A DNA stretch of 64,000 bases, taken from Rhizodiscina lignyota. Its lineage: Eukaryota. The stretch is from assembly GCA_010015805.1 (NCBI GenBank), contig ML978129.1, positions 930,001 to 994,000 of the forward strand, read 5' to 3'. The notes beneath the pieces were generated by a model. It was not told the origin of the DNA. It was given only the letters and a program-made list of their open reading frames with translations, and did no database searches. The translations under genes and the position numbers were made by a program. Shown piece after piece: positions 1 through 10,629 of the stretch (positions are counted from its first letter, which is position 1; every line of letters begins with the position of its first letter).

Positions 1-1783
1 TGGTTGAAAAGATTGTTGTCGGCGTAATAACAGCAGGATAAGCCAGAAGTGTTCCAAAGGCATCGAGTTGGCAAACTCCGGTGCAAAATGGGACGGTGAC
101 TGATGCTGTGACTGAGGCTGTGGTGGTCGATGTGCGCAATTGGGTCTTTGTCTGGACCGCAGTGAGTGTGGAGAACTCTGTCTTGGTTCTGAACACCTCG
201 CTCGTCTCAAGCAGAGTCCTAGTCCGAAATTCTGTGCTGGTATCCACAAGAGTTTCAATGCTGGTATGAACGAGCGTGCTTGTTTGAGTCTCAAATACTG
301 TGCGGGTGCCGAGGCTAGTCTGGACGCTGGTCACGACACTGGTGGAAGTGCTAAGCGACGTGTGCGTAACAGTCCGAGTGAAAGGCACTGGAACTGGCGA
401 GACAGACACTCGGGTCGCCGTCGTAGTTTCCGTGTGCACAACGGGAACCGGGGTCACGACGGTGCTGAGGGACGTAGTAGTTTCTGTGTGTACGACAGGC
501 ACATCGCTGATAACAGTGCTGAGCGACGTTTCGGTAGAAATGAGTGTCGTCGGGGATGGGATCAACGAGCTGACCGTAACGAATTGAGTCTGGATGCTAA
601 TAACTATCTGCGGCTGGGTTCTTGTTCGGAAGATTGTTTCGAGACTGATATCAGTGGTATGAGACACTAAGGTCGTGGTGGTCGTACCGAGAACCACCTG
701 TGTGCTGATGCGAGTTGTGGGGACAGGAAGGACTGTGGTGCGAGTCCGGAAAACAGTGTCGACAACTAGACTTGTCGATATCACTGTGGTTGGAGAAGCG
801 AACGGAATCGAGGTCGTGTGAGTGATTAGCTTTGTTGATATACTGAGCGAAGGAACTATGTCTGTGCGAGTCGTAGAAACCGTTTTTGTCGTCAGGCTTG
901 GAACAAAGATGGAAGTCGTCCTGGTCACGTTGAGAAAATCCGTCGTTGTCAATATTTTCAGAACTGGGACGGAAGTTGTATATTTGACGACGTCCGTGGT
1001 CGTCGTCGTCGTTGGGGACGGGATGGTAAAACTCTTTTTGATCGTGTCGAACTCTGTGGTCGTCGTAGGAGATGGAACGCTCTTGATGAAAGTTTTGTTG
1101 ACCGTGTCAATTTCTGTGTAGGTCGTCGTAGTCGGAGATGGCACGAACGAAGTTTCATAGATGGTTGAGAGGCTTATTTTAATCTTAGTCTTCGTCGACG
1201 TTTCCGTCCGTGTGTAAGAGTCGGTCACGTGATGATATATCGTTGTCTCTTCGAATTCGGTGCAGGTTGTGGTGATAGTTTTCCAGCTAGGCGGCGGCGG
1301 CTATGACAGTCAGATACAAGTAGTAGATGTGAAGCTACAGGATGTTCTCCGAGAGCGTTATAAGAAAGACGGTGAGGCGAGCGGAGGCTGCGAACAGGCC
1401 GTCGAGAATTCATGATACGGAAAGCAAAAGATCAAATTGACATTGAGATAGCTGCAAGTGACTTCACGTATTAGGAGATTCCGCGCAGTCGCTGAAGTGA
1501 TGTAGCGTCTACCATAAACCAGGCGAAAGAACGTCTCCAATTGCTGAGATTTTGTCGAGACTACACTGAAATGTTGGTTTTACCTTTTGGTATGGAGATG
1601 AACTGGAAGTCGTGCATGATGTTGATTCTGGCGTAGGTTTCCAATCATCGTGAACACTCGACGAGTTCTTGCCCCAGTCTGTCTTCGAGTTAGAGAGAGC
1701 ATCGTTTGATATTGGGAAGATCTCTCACCACCGTCGGCAACTGCCCGGACGGCAAGCAAGGCTGTTAAAAGCAGCACTTGCAT
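1..1783 (-). CDS. Secreted Thr/Val/Ser-rich repeat protein (adhesin/mucin-like), 3' end runs off the window
   Basis: ATG at 1783 gives a signal-peptide-like MQVLLLTALLAVRAVADG. A short GTGAGA..CTAAC..CAG intron and a GTAAAC..CTGAC..TAG intron (~1583-1301) join in frame (..SPYQK|PPPPSWKT..). The frame stays open from 1300 to base 1 with VPSPTTT-type repeats. The ORF track misses it because there is no stop inside the window. Confidence 0.8.
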
Positions 1784-3137
1784 ATCGCATAAAAACAGAC
1801 AAACGGGGAATGACCGTACAGAACGAGCTGACGAGAGGAGTAATGTCGTACGGACACTATTTGAAAGCGATTCGACTCAGGCAATTCGAGTAACGACAGC
1901 AGCATGACATGGAAGGCTTGAACGGATCGAGAGCGCAGAAGGGAAATTCATCGTCGACTCTCGCCGGTTCGGGCAACACTGCTGCGCCTGCACAGTGACG
2001 AGGGCAGCATGCTGAGAGTCAAGCAGGGTAAAACCAAAAGGTGCCAGGCTTCCGTGGCTACCGCGCTATTATTCTGCATGCTGGCGAGCAACTGAAATGG
2101 AGGGGAACCATGGCAGGCGTTCTGTAGGACAGCAGCTGTAGGATGCGGCGTCAGAGCCTGGCCTACCGATTCCTGGATTGGACAGAGGCTGAGGCTCTGC
2201 GGTAAGAGTGCTTCTCGCAAACAGCTTAGCATGAAGGACTTTTGCACCGGCCGTAGTGGAACTAGCATGGGCACGGAAGACATGCAGAGTTTCAATAAAA
2301 GGTGCATAAAGTCGCGAGAGATGGCGAGACATGATTTGAACAATCACGTGGGAGGGCTGGCAAACCTGCAGGACAGGTCAAGGATGCACGGCTCCTCACC
2401 AATCTGATCACTTTCCTTCCACACTCGACCATCCACGTCGACTGCGCACGACTAATTCGTCAAGGCGAAGAAGCAAGGGCACACTAGCTCGTCATCGGCG
2501 CTACGACAACATTCCCATTTGTTCTTATCGATTTGGAAGGATTGCACCCGCCCACTTCAGCTTGGAGGTGGGGTCCGCCTTCACCATACGGACAGAGTCG
2601 ACGGCAGTGCTTCCCCAAAGTCTCCTTGTGTCTAGCATGCGGAAAGGTGCGGCCGCTCTTTGGTTCCGGAGAATGAAGAATCGAATCATCCACAGCACCG
2701 GTGCTGGGGATGCCGTCGGGTGGGTGGTATCACGATGCATGCTTCCAGATGCAGCAGGTTACGAGCGGCATGAGTCTGCAATCCTGCCGTATGGAGCCAC
2801 TCACGCTCCATCGATTTATTCACCATAAGCCTCTGACTTTCCTTCGATTTGTCTCAGCACCTCTCACTTTCAGATTGCCGTTGCATCTCCGATCGGTCGG
2901 AGAATAGAGAAAGCAGCCTTCAGCCTTGTAGATGTTACATTTTTGATGGAAGTGCTTTTATTCGTTTCCTTTCATTGAATAAGGCTGCTCTTATGATTTC
3001 GTCTTTCGTTTCCTCGTGAAAAAGTGTCACAGACATTCAATATCTCTCCGACGATCGAGCGCAACTAATTAACGTCGCCAATGGCGTCCTTCCTACCGAT
3101 ATCCTCGAGTACGTCCTGAGTCGAGCTAATACCCACG

Positions 3138-4989
3138 ATGCCTCTTCAACCGCGGGCGGCTGCTTCCGCCACACCTACACCTCTGCCTTTTCTGGTGAAG
3201 GCAACGGGGAAATTTGATGGGAATGATGGACAATGGTCTACGTTTGACCTTAAAATCGGAAATCCTGACCAGGAGTTCCGCGTTTTGGTTTCGACGTCCG
3301 GCGAAGTGTCATGGGTTCCATTGGCAGAAGGCTGCGTAGCAACGAGCGACACTGGTCCTCTTCCAAGCAATTGCTCGGATACACGAGGTGTCGATCCATC
3401 TGGGGCTAGCAGCACTCTGCTTGGGTACAATGCGTCCCTAAGCAAAGCTTCTGACCCTCAAACACTTGGAACCTATCAATTACAGCTCAACCCGGATCTC
3501 GACATTGATAATTTTGGTACTGCCTACAACATCAGTGCGACGTATTACCAAGACAGCTTCCAACTCGCCTCTGGCGTTTCTTCATCCGATGGTTCAAGCC
3601 TACAGCTGACTCAGAGTGACACTGTGTTTGCAGGAGTTGCAGACGCAAATCTCTGGGTCGGTACAATTGGTCTTGGCCTCGGAGATGTCACAGATTTGAG
3701 TGGTGGCAATGAGACTTCCTTTATGCAATCTCTCGTTGATGGAGCTCATATCCCCAGCCGCTCGTGGGGATATACGGCGGGTGCCGCCTACAGTAAGTGC
3801 TCTACTGGAAGAAACATGCTAGCATGTATTTTCTAAATCGCTTGTAGAATCTAATGGCGGCTATTCGGGCAACCTCGTCCTTGGAGGTTACGATCAATCA
3901 AGATTCGATTCAACTCACTCTGCGAGCTTCACAATGCCTCAAAGTAACCAGCAATCATTGCTTAGAGTAAATCTGAAGAGCCTGGAAATCGGTTCATGGT
4001 CTCCTCCGCTTGATACTTTCCCGGCAGAGGTTATCCTTGACTCAACACTGCCGTACATGTACCTTCCAGACAATATGTGCGATGCTCTTGCTCAACAGCT
4101 AGGCCTACAATACGACAATATCACGGATCTGTTTCTGGTCAATGACACTCAGCGCGCAACGAATCAGAACATTGGAAGCATCACGATAATACTTCAGGAT
4201 ATCAGCGATATGAGTACGCAAACTTCAATCTCATTTCCATACGCAGCATTCGATTTGACCGCGTCATTCCCAATATATACCGACGGTCCAAGGTCGTATT
4301 TTCCTCTACGACGATCTGTGAATGGGCAGAACACTCTTGGGCGGGTTTTCTTCCAAGAAGCCTACGTTATAGCGAACTACGAGCAGCGAAATTTCACCGT
4401 TGCGAAGACAACATTCCCCTCCCAAGCGCCTGCCCCACAAATTACTCCGATTTACAGCAGCCGCTTCCCATCTCCCACGCCAACGCCTCCGTCGCATCAT
4501 GGCATCAGTGGAGGAGCCATTGCTGGCATTGTGATCGGCGCCGTTGCTGCAGTTCTACTCGCCGTCGGTGCCTGGTTCCTATTTGCCCGAAGGCGTAAGG
4601 CGAAGGGCAAGGCAGACTACGAGAAGCAGCAATTTGAAGATGAAGAAGCGGAGCGCCGCCGGCGCCAGACCATGATTAGCACTGTTGGGACCGAGGACGG
4701 GACAATGGTGTCGTACGAGATGGACACTATACCTCAGAGAGCCGAGTCGGGCGCAGGTAGACCTGGACATCACAGACAAATATCGGAACTCTCCTCCGAC
4801 ACTGACACCTCGAGGGGTGGTGGTCGTAAGACGAGGATGTCAGAAATCTTCGAACTGGAAGGAGGCGCTCCTGATACAATGGCATTGCAGAGAAACGAAC
4901 AGAGAGTCAACGAACCTCCTCCCTCAACGCAACGGACCAACAGTGATCACATTGTGTCACCTACCACTCCATTGTCAGGGGCACCTTGA
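3138..4989 (+). CDS. Pepsin-like aspartic-protease-fold membrane protein (probably inactive), single C-terminal TM helix
   Basis: Motifs GNDGQWSTF, IPSRSWGYTAGA, LVLGGYDQSRF, ILDSTLPY and LGRVFFQEAY. Intron 3793-3847 (GTAAGT..TAG) joins the two ORFs in frame. TM segment GAIAGIVIGAVAAVLLAVGAWFLF is followed by ARRRK. Start codon uncertain. Confidence 0.85.
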
Positions 4990-5578
4990 GTGCAATTAGT
5001 TGAGATGATTTATGGAAAAGGAGGAGTTCGGTACTAGTATTGGCGTAAAATGGAACGCAGACTTGATCACGGCTCCCTTCCATCGTGGAGGAACTCTCGA
5101 AAATTCTTACCTTCTTTTCTCCTCAAGGAGTCAAATTAGCGCATTTAATGTTGGGGAGATGCCAGGGTCGTTTGGAGCAATTCTTAGATTGGCAGGCAAA
5201 AGGTACGGACTTGAAGAGGCCAACATTACCCCGTCCTGTCTTGTACGAAGAGGACTATAAATAATATGCTCTTAGTATTATTTGTTTCCGATACCACCAT
5301 AGTAGCTCGTGGAATTATCATTAACCCCTTCTCGAGCGAACCACTACAATAGTAATTGTCATCTCTCCCTCGTATCTCGGATGCTGTAATACATGCTGTA
5401 CTCAATGTCGACGGTAATCCGTAGCATAGGATCGGACTTAAGCAAAAACGATAATAGAGATCGACACCAGCATTTCCTAATCCAGACAATGCCAGAAACT
5501 TACTGAATCATCATCGTTATCGATAGAGCCTATATCTCCCGCGCGAGACGCAGTTGCGGATTGTCTCGTCCGTCCAAG

Positions 5579-6497
5579 ATGTCGTACAAACGAGTCGCCG
5601 CTGTCACAGGCGCGAATAAGGGCGTCGGCCTTGGAATAGGTGAGCTCCATCTTGAATCTTTAGCACAAAGAAATATCTAACGTTGTCCCAGTGCGCAACC
5701 TCGCCCTCTCATACCCCTCGTCCCATCTCAATGATGGTCCTTTCCTCATCTACCTGACAGCCCGCGATAGCTCTCGAGGCGAAGAAGCCATCCGCACCCT
5801 CCTCTCCGACGCGCATCTCAAAAAGGCCAAAGCCCTGTCCCAAGACGGCGGGCTGACGGACATCAAGTTTCACCCCCTTGACATCTCGTCGTCCGAGAGC
5901 ATCCAGGCCTTTGCCGGCTTCGTCAAACAGCAGCACCCCGAGGGCATCGACATTCTGATCAACAATGCGGGCGTCGCAATGGACGGCTTCAACATGGACG
6001 TCGTGAGCACGACGCTCAGATGCAACTACTGGGGCACGCTGGAGATGACGGAGCGCTTCCTGCCGATGCTGAAGCAGGGCGGGCGGCTCGTCAACGTGTC
6101 CAGCATTGCGGGCGTGCTGAAGAAGTACTCCGAGTCCCGAGAGAAGGAGTTCCGCGCCGCGAACAGCGTGCCGGAGATGACGCGGATTATGGAGCGATTT
6201 ATTAAGGGCGTGGAGGCAGGCACGCATGAGCAGGATGGGTTCCCGAGCGCTGCGTACGCGGTGAGCAAGGCGGGCTTGACGGGCGTGACGCAGATTATTG
6301 GGCGGGAGGAGGCGACGAAGGGGAGAGGGGTGCTGGTGAATGCCTGTTGTCCTGGGTGGGTGAATACGGATATGACGAAGGGGAGAGGGACGAAGACGAT
6401 CGATCAGGGTGCGAAGACGCCGGTTATGTTGGCGTTGGGCGACATTGGTGGTAAATCTGGATTGTACTGGCGCGATGAGAAGGTCCAGCAATGGTAA
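5579..6497 (+). CDS. Carbonyl reductase (NADPH), CBR-like short-chain dehydrogenase
   Basis: Exon 1 MSYKRVAAVTGANKGVGLGI (TGxxxGxG), intron 5640-5691, then LINNAG, catalytic YAVSK and CCPGWVNTDM. Confidence 0.92.
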
Positions 6498-7056
6498 ACG
6501 GAGACAGACATTGATGTCCTGAGCCTCATGGACGGATTGGAGGACCATTGTAGGCCTCTTGTAGCGCTATTCGCGCGTCAGACTCATCCAAGTAGAGCCG
6601 CCGTCTTATGGCAATGTAGATACGGGAAAGTTCCAACAGAAAAAGATTGACATAACTACATCGAATTGATTCGCAGCCTCCAAAACAGTAAACAGCTCCG
6701 CTATGATGCAACCAAGAACAAGGCAAACCTCCGAACCGTTTCATCGCTCAAATTCAGCATTTGGTAACAAACTGGATCATCACGCTATGCATGACCCACT
6801 GCAATACATTCATATTGCGCCGCTTAAACACCAGGCCAGTTGCTATAACAGCATCCTCTCCAGAAGAAGGAGCGTTCCACCTGACGCGTGACTATCATCG
6901 CATGTGTTCGTGACATGCATGCTTGCACAAGTCGAATACACAAGGACTAAGACACGCACAACCACTGTTGCAGATGCTCATCGACGCATTTTCGCAGATT
7001 TTCAAAGAGGTGGAGTTTTCGCGTGGCTGCGGTAGCCATGTAGACAGATTCGTCCA

Positions 7057-8328
7057 TCAATCGATTTCTGCGTCGCAGATGAGACATCGGATGTTTATCA
7101 TGTTTTCTTCACCGTCCCCGTCCCGTAGATCTGTGACTCGGATCTTCCAGGTTGTCTCATCCCCGTCTGGGCTCGGCGAAACAAGTTCTGCCTTAAAGAG
7201 CGCGACCTGGCCAGTCGAAGAACGCCCTGTAGACTTGCTCTTTCGTCCCCTCTTCTTCTTTGTAATAGATTTTGTACCATTCATTTCGCCGTTCGTTGTC
7301 GCTTCGCCCGGGTATTCCGCTCCTTCCTTCTCGTAGGCCCGCTTAACCGCTTCTTCTTCGAGACACTCAGCGTGCAGCCATGTTTTACAGGACGTGCACT
7401 GGACGATAGGATTGTCAGGATTCGCTGGACTCTCGCAGACGCAGTGTTTCCGAAGCTCCTACGCCAAAGCATGTTATAAAGTGCATCGCATTTCATTTGC
7501 GCGGATGAGCTCACCGAAAGACCAGTTTTGCCTTTTCTTGTATCAAATACCTGGCGCCAATAGACGTAATCTGATGGGCAGTCGGCATCGTCGTCGTCTT
7601 CGTCCCAGTGCTTGATCGTAATCTTGCCGTCCACAGTCATGGCATCGATGATCTGCATCTCGTTGCTTGGTATAACCTCCATCGTGCCATGGTACGGTTG
7701 TCTGCCAATAGGCAGGTCTTCAGGCCTAAAGAGCCAGTACACTCGAAGATACACATGTTGCTCATCTCCCGCGCGCACGTCCAAGACTTGTGCAACCCAT
7801 TTATTCTTGAGAAACTCCGCCACGGAAGACGCCTTCTTCGATGACTTGACTTGCGGCGCCGGGTCATCCTCTTCGTTTTGTACCAAGATGATGTCGTTAA
7901 CTTCGAAGGTCTCTCTGGCGACTAAGGGCCCAGTGTCATTCTACTACGTATACACTAGGGTGTAATAAGACCGTTCCCAAGGTCGACGGAGGGTAACAAA
8001 CTTACTCGTGAACTTTCGGTATCTCTTTGCATCCTCCCAAAGGTGTTGGGGGCTAACACAGTACAGCATAGGTTCGATTTTCTTCGTGAGTGGATTTTCT
8101 TGAGCCTGGGGCTCCGTGAGGTCGTCGCGCTTACGTTTTCGGTTCGGAGGAGGATAAGGATGGACCTCGAAGCTAAAGTCAGGTCCAATCGTGTTCCAGT
8201 CTATCTTTGTGCTGGGTCCTGTAGTAGAAGTATCATAAGTGGCCAGTTTGACACGTTTGTTCAGTTGTATTTAACTTACCATCCTCCGTAGATTGTCGAC
8301 GCGATGGAGTCTTGCTCTTACGCGACAT
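7057..8328 (-). CDS. BAH-PHD domain protein (EBS/SHL/EPR-1-like chromatin reader)
   Basis: Spliced model from ATG 8328 with three GT-AG introns. BAH motif WVAQVLDVRAGDEQHVYLRVYWLFRPEDLP..GRQPYHG..EVIPSN is followed by PHD-like HCVCESPANPD..QCTSCKTWLHAECL, with a C-terminal CLIC. Confidence 0.9.
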
Positions 8329-8407
8329 CTTGAGCTTCGTAGCAAGGTTTGACCGTGCGCTCAATGTGATGTGCTTTGGAGTTGGAGGGAAGGCAGAATA
8401 GTCCGAG

Positions 8408-8539
8408 ACGCGCGTGGTACTTAAAGTTCGACGCGCACCGTAAGCAGTACTTTTGCGAGTGCGTGATGCGGCAGGGAGCGGAATACCGAGAGTGAACAAG
8501 ACGATGAGTAGCAAAAGACACGAAAAGTCGCGTCGCGAC
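8408..8539. promoter_or_regulatory. Cluster of MCB-like (ACGCG) elements upstream of the BAH-PHD gene
   Basis: ACGCGCGT at 8408, ACGCG at 8431 and inverted repeat GTCGCG-T-CGCGAC at 8527-8539, all within ~210 bp of the ATG. Confidence 0.4.
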
Positions 8540-10629
8540 AACGGTATAGTGGCAATTGAATGGTGTTGTCACACTGGCCAGGCTAACGCCTCTTGCGCTT
8601 AGCGTGGTGAAGCTGCGCAGAAGTCTTGTCTGGTGGGGATAGTCTAACTTCCGGGAATATGCCGATTGGCTCGCCCCACTGCAAGCAGCGTGAGCGTAGG
8701 TAGGTAGTTACCATGATGCTTCAAAAGGTTCAAAACCTTTTATTTCAATTTTTAAAAAGAAGAAAGAAAGCAAAGAATGGACAGTCTAGTTTCATCCTAT
8801 TAATATTACTCATAGGATACCCAGTACCACGTGAAGGTGCTGTCCGTTACTGAGCACTATGGTTTAACAGATGGAGCGGACTGCCGCTCGAACGTGCTGT
8901 CATGGTTACCGTGCCTGTTCTTTTGAGTTTAATTTGAAACTCACAAGATATCGCCCGTCCCTAAAACCACTCGGTCAATGTACATAACGAAAAGCCAAGA
9001 GCTGTAAATCCTTTTAAGTATATGGTCAACAATATACCCAGACTGCATGAAATCTCGGACCGGGCCTAGGACCGGTAATGTGCCGGAATTTAGGCGGCAA
9101 TATGCCGTCACAAGCTGCCGGGAGGGAAGGCTCGATCGTGGTATGAGGAAGGAAATATCACATCATTAATCATATTATTGCATTGCATTGCAACACGTTC
9201 GACCTGTGAAGAGACTAACTACGAGGGCATTCTGGGCTACGCTCCTAGGATAATCATTCACTTCTACTACGAAGGAGCAGAGATCGGCCTGCAAGGATTC
9301 CAGCGCCATGTCAACGGGCAGGCCGCTGCTTTGCCTTGCCAGACCTATTTCCCAAATAGGAGTCGAAGATTTCCAAAAGGCCAAGACTATATGATGTTAA
9401 ACTTGGCACATTTTTCAACTTCACTCGCCACTAATAACTACATAGACAAAGAAATACCCGGAGCCACTTGCGTTCCGCTTTAGGAATGAAAAACAAATCA
9501 AGGCAATTGATTGAAATGGCCAATAGCAAGGATGCAGAGACGCACACTACGCCTTCAGGGAGGTGCTCTATGGCTCCATAGATCTGCTCTTCTTGGTAAG
9601 CAGTGCAAAATGGGTTTGAGATGACGCCTGGGAATATTCCTCAGGGTCCGTCGGAAATATGATGAACTGAGTAACGATGGCACGGTGCAGAGCTCACATA
9701 CGATGGACTAAGCTCGCCGGCCCCTTGTTTAAGAGGCTCAAGTCCGAAATAGAAGTGTTCGTCGAGAGCAGAGCTCCAGCGGTCCAGATCCACTTGACAT
9801 CACGAACGCGCGGCAGAGTGCGGAAAGACAGAGCTCGCGCATCCCCTAAATGCCCTAATCCTTGATGCAGGAACGCCAGAAGGCCGCGACCAATGCGTTG
9901 CTCAGAATAAGATACGAGACAGAGCGAGGCGACTTGCCTAATCTCGAACCTTTGCGGGCGCCCTGGTCAGAAGGCGCTTCCCACAGCAGCCGGAATGCAG
10001 CGGATTACGAAGGTGTTCAATTGTGCACTGTGAGTGAAAGCCGCGTGCGGCGAGTGAAGTGGCCTCGAAACGTGTAGCAGAGCACAGCCAAGAAGTGCCG
10101 CCGCAGGCCCAGCCACCTGGCGCGACGTTTTCGCTCTGCCCAGGCGAACGTGATTCCAATCGACGTGTCGGCGCGGCAGAGGCCATAGCGTACCACACTG
10201 CGAATTGGTGGTGAAGGAGTGGATCTACTGTGGCAGAGCGTCGTCATTCAGCCGCCGTGCCAAACCGCTTTCGGCCATTCGTTCATTGGCAACCCAAGCA
10301 GGTCGACCAGTGCCGGACAACATATCGCTCACACACTCACCACCGCCCAGTCTTCTCCGCACAACACCTTCACTCTCGTTTTTCGCTCCGCCCTCATCAT
10401 TCCCACGTTTGCTGTGTCGTACGCATCTGCTGCATCCGCCGGCACGCCCCGGACATTGTGCCTGCTGCGGCTGAGACGTGCAGCTTCCCGCGCGAGCATC
10501 AAAAAAGTTGCGTCGGCATCGGCAGGCCCGACCAGCGAGCTTCCAAGCTCCCAGCACGTCAACTCCCTCCCTCTATCAACTCCCTCGTCGCTCGCTTGGC
10601 GTCAGTAGCATCAGGTACATCGAGGCAAC

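Noticed and set aside
81..1121. Val-rich plus-strand ORFs
   Set aside because: Antisense shadows of the Thr-rich minus-strand gene.
5709..6548. 279-aa antisense ORF over the carbonyl reductase
   Set aside because: Expected by-product of GC-rich codon usage on the coding strand; no recognisable motifs.
9175..10077. Short ORFs between the BAH-PHD and PH genes
   Set aside because: Mostly non-ATG starts, no motifs and no consistent splice model; possibly decayed coding DNA but unsupported.
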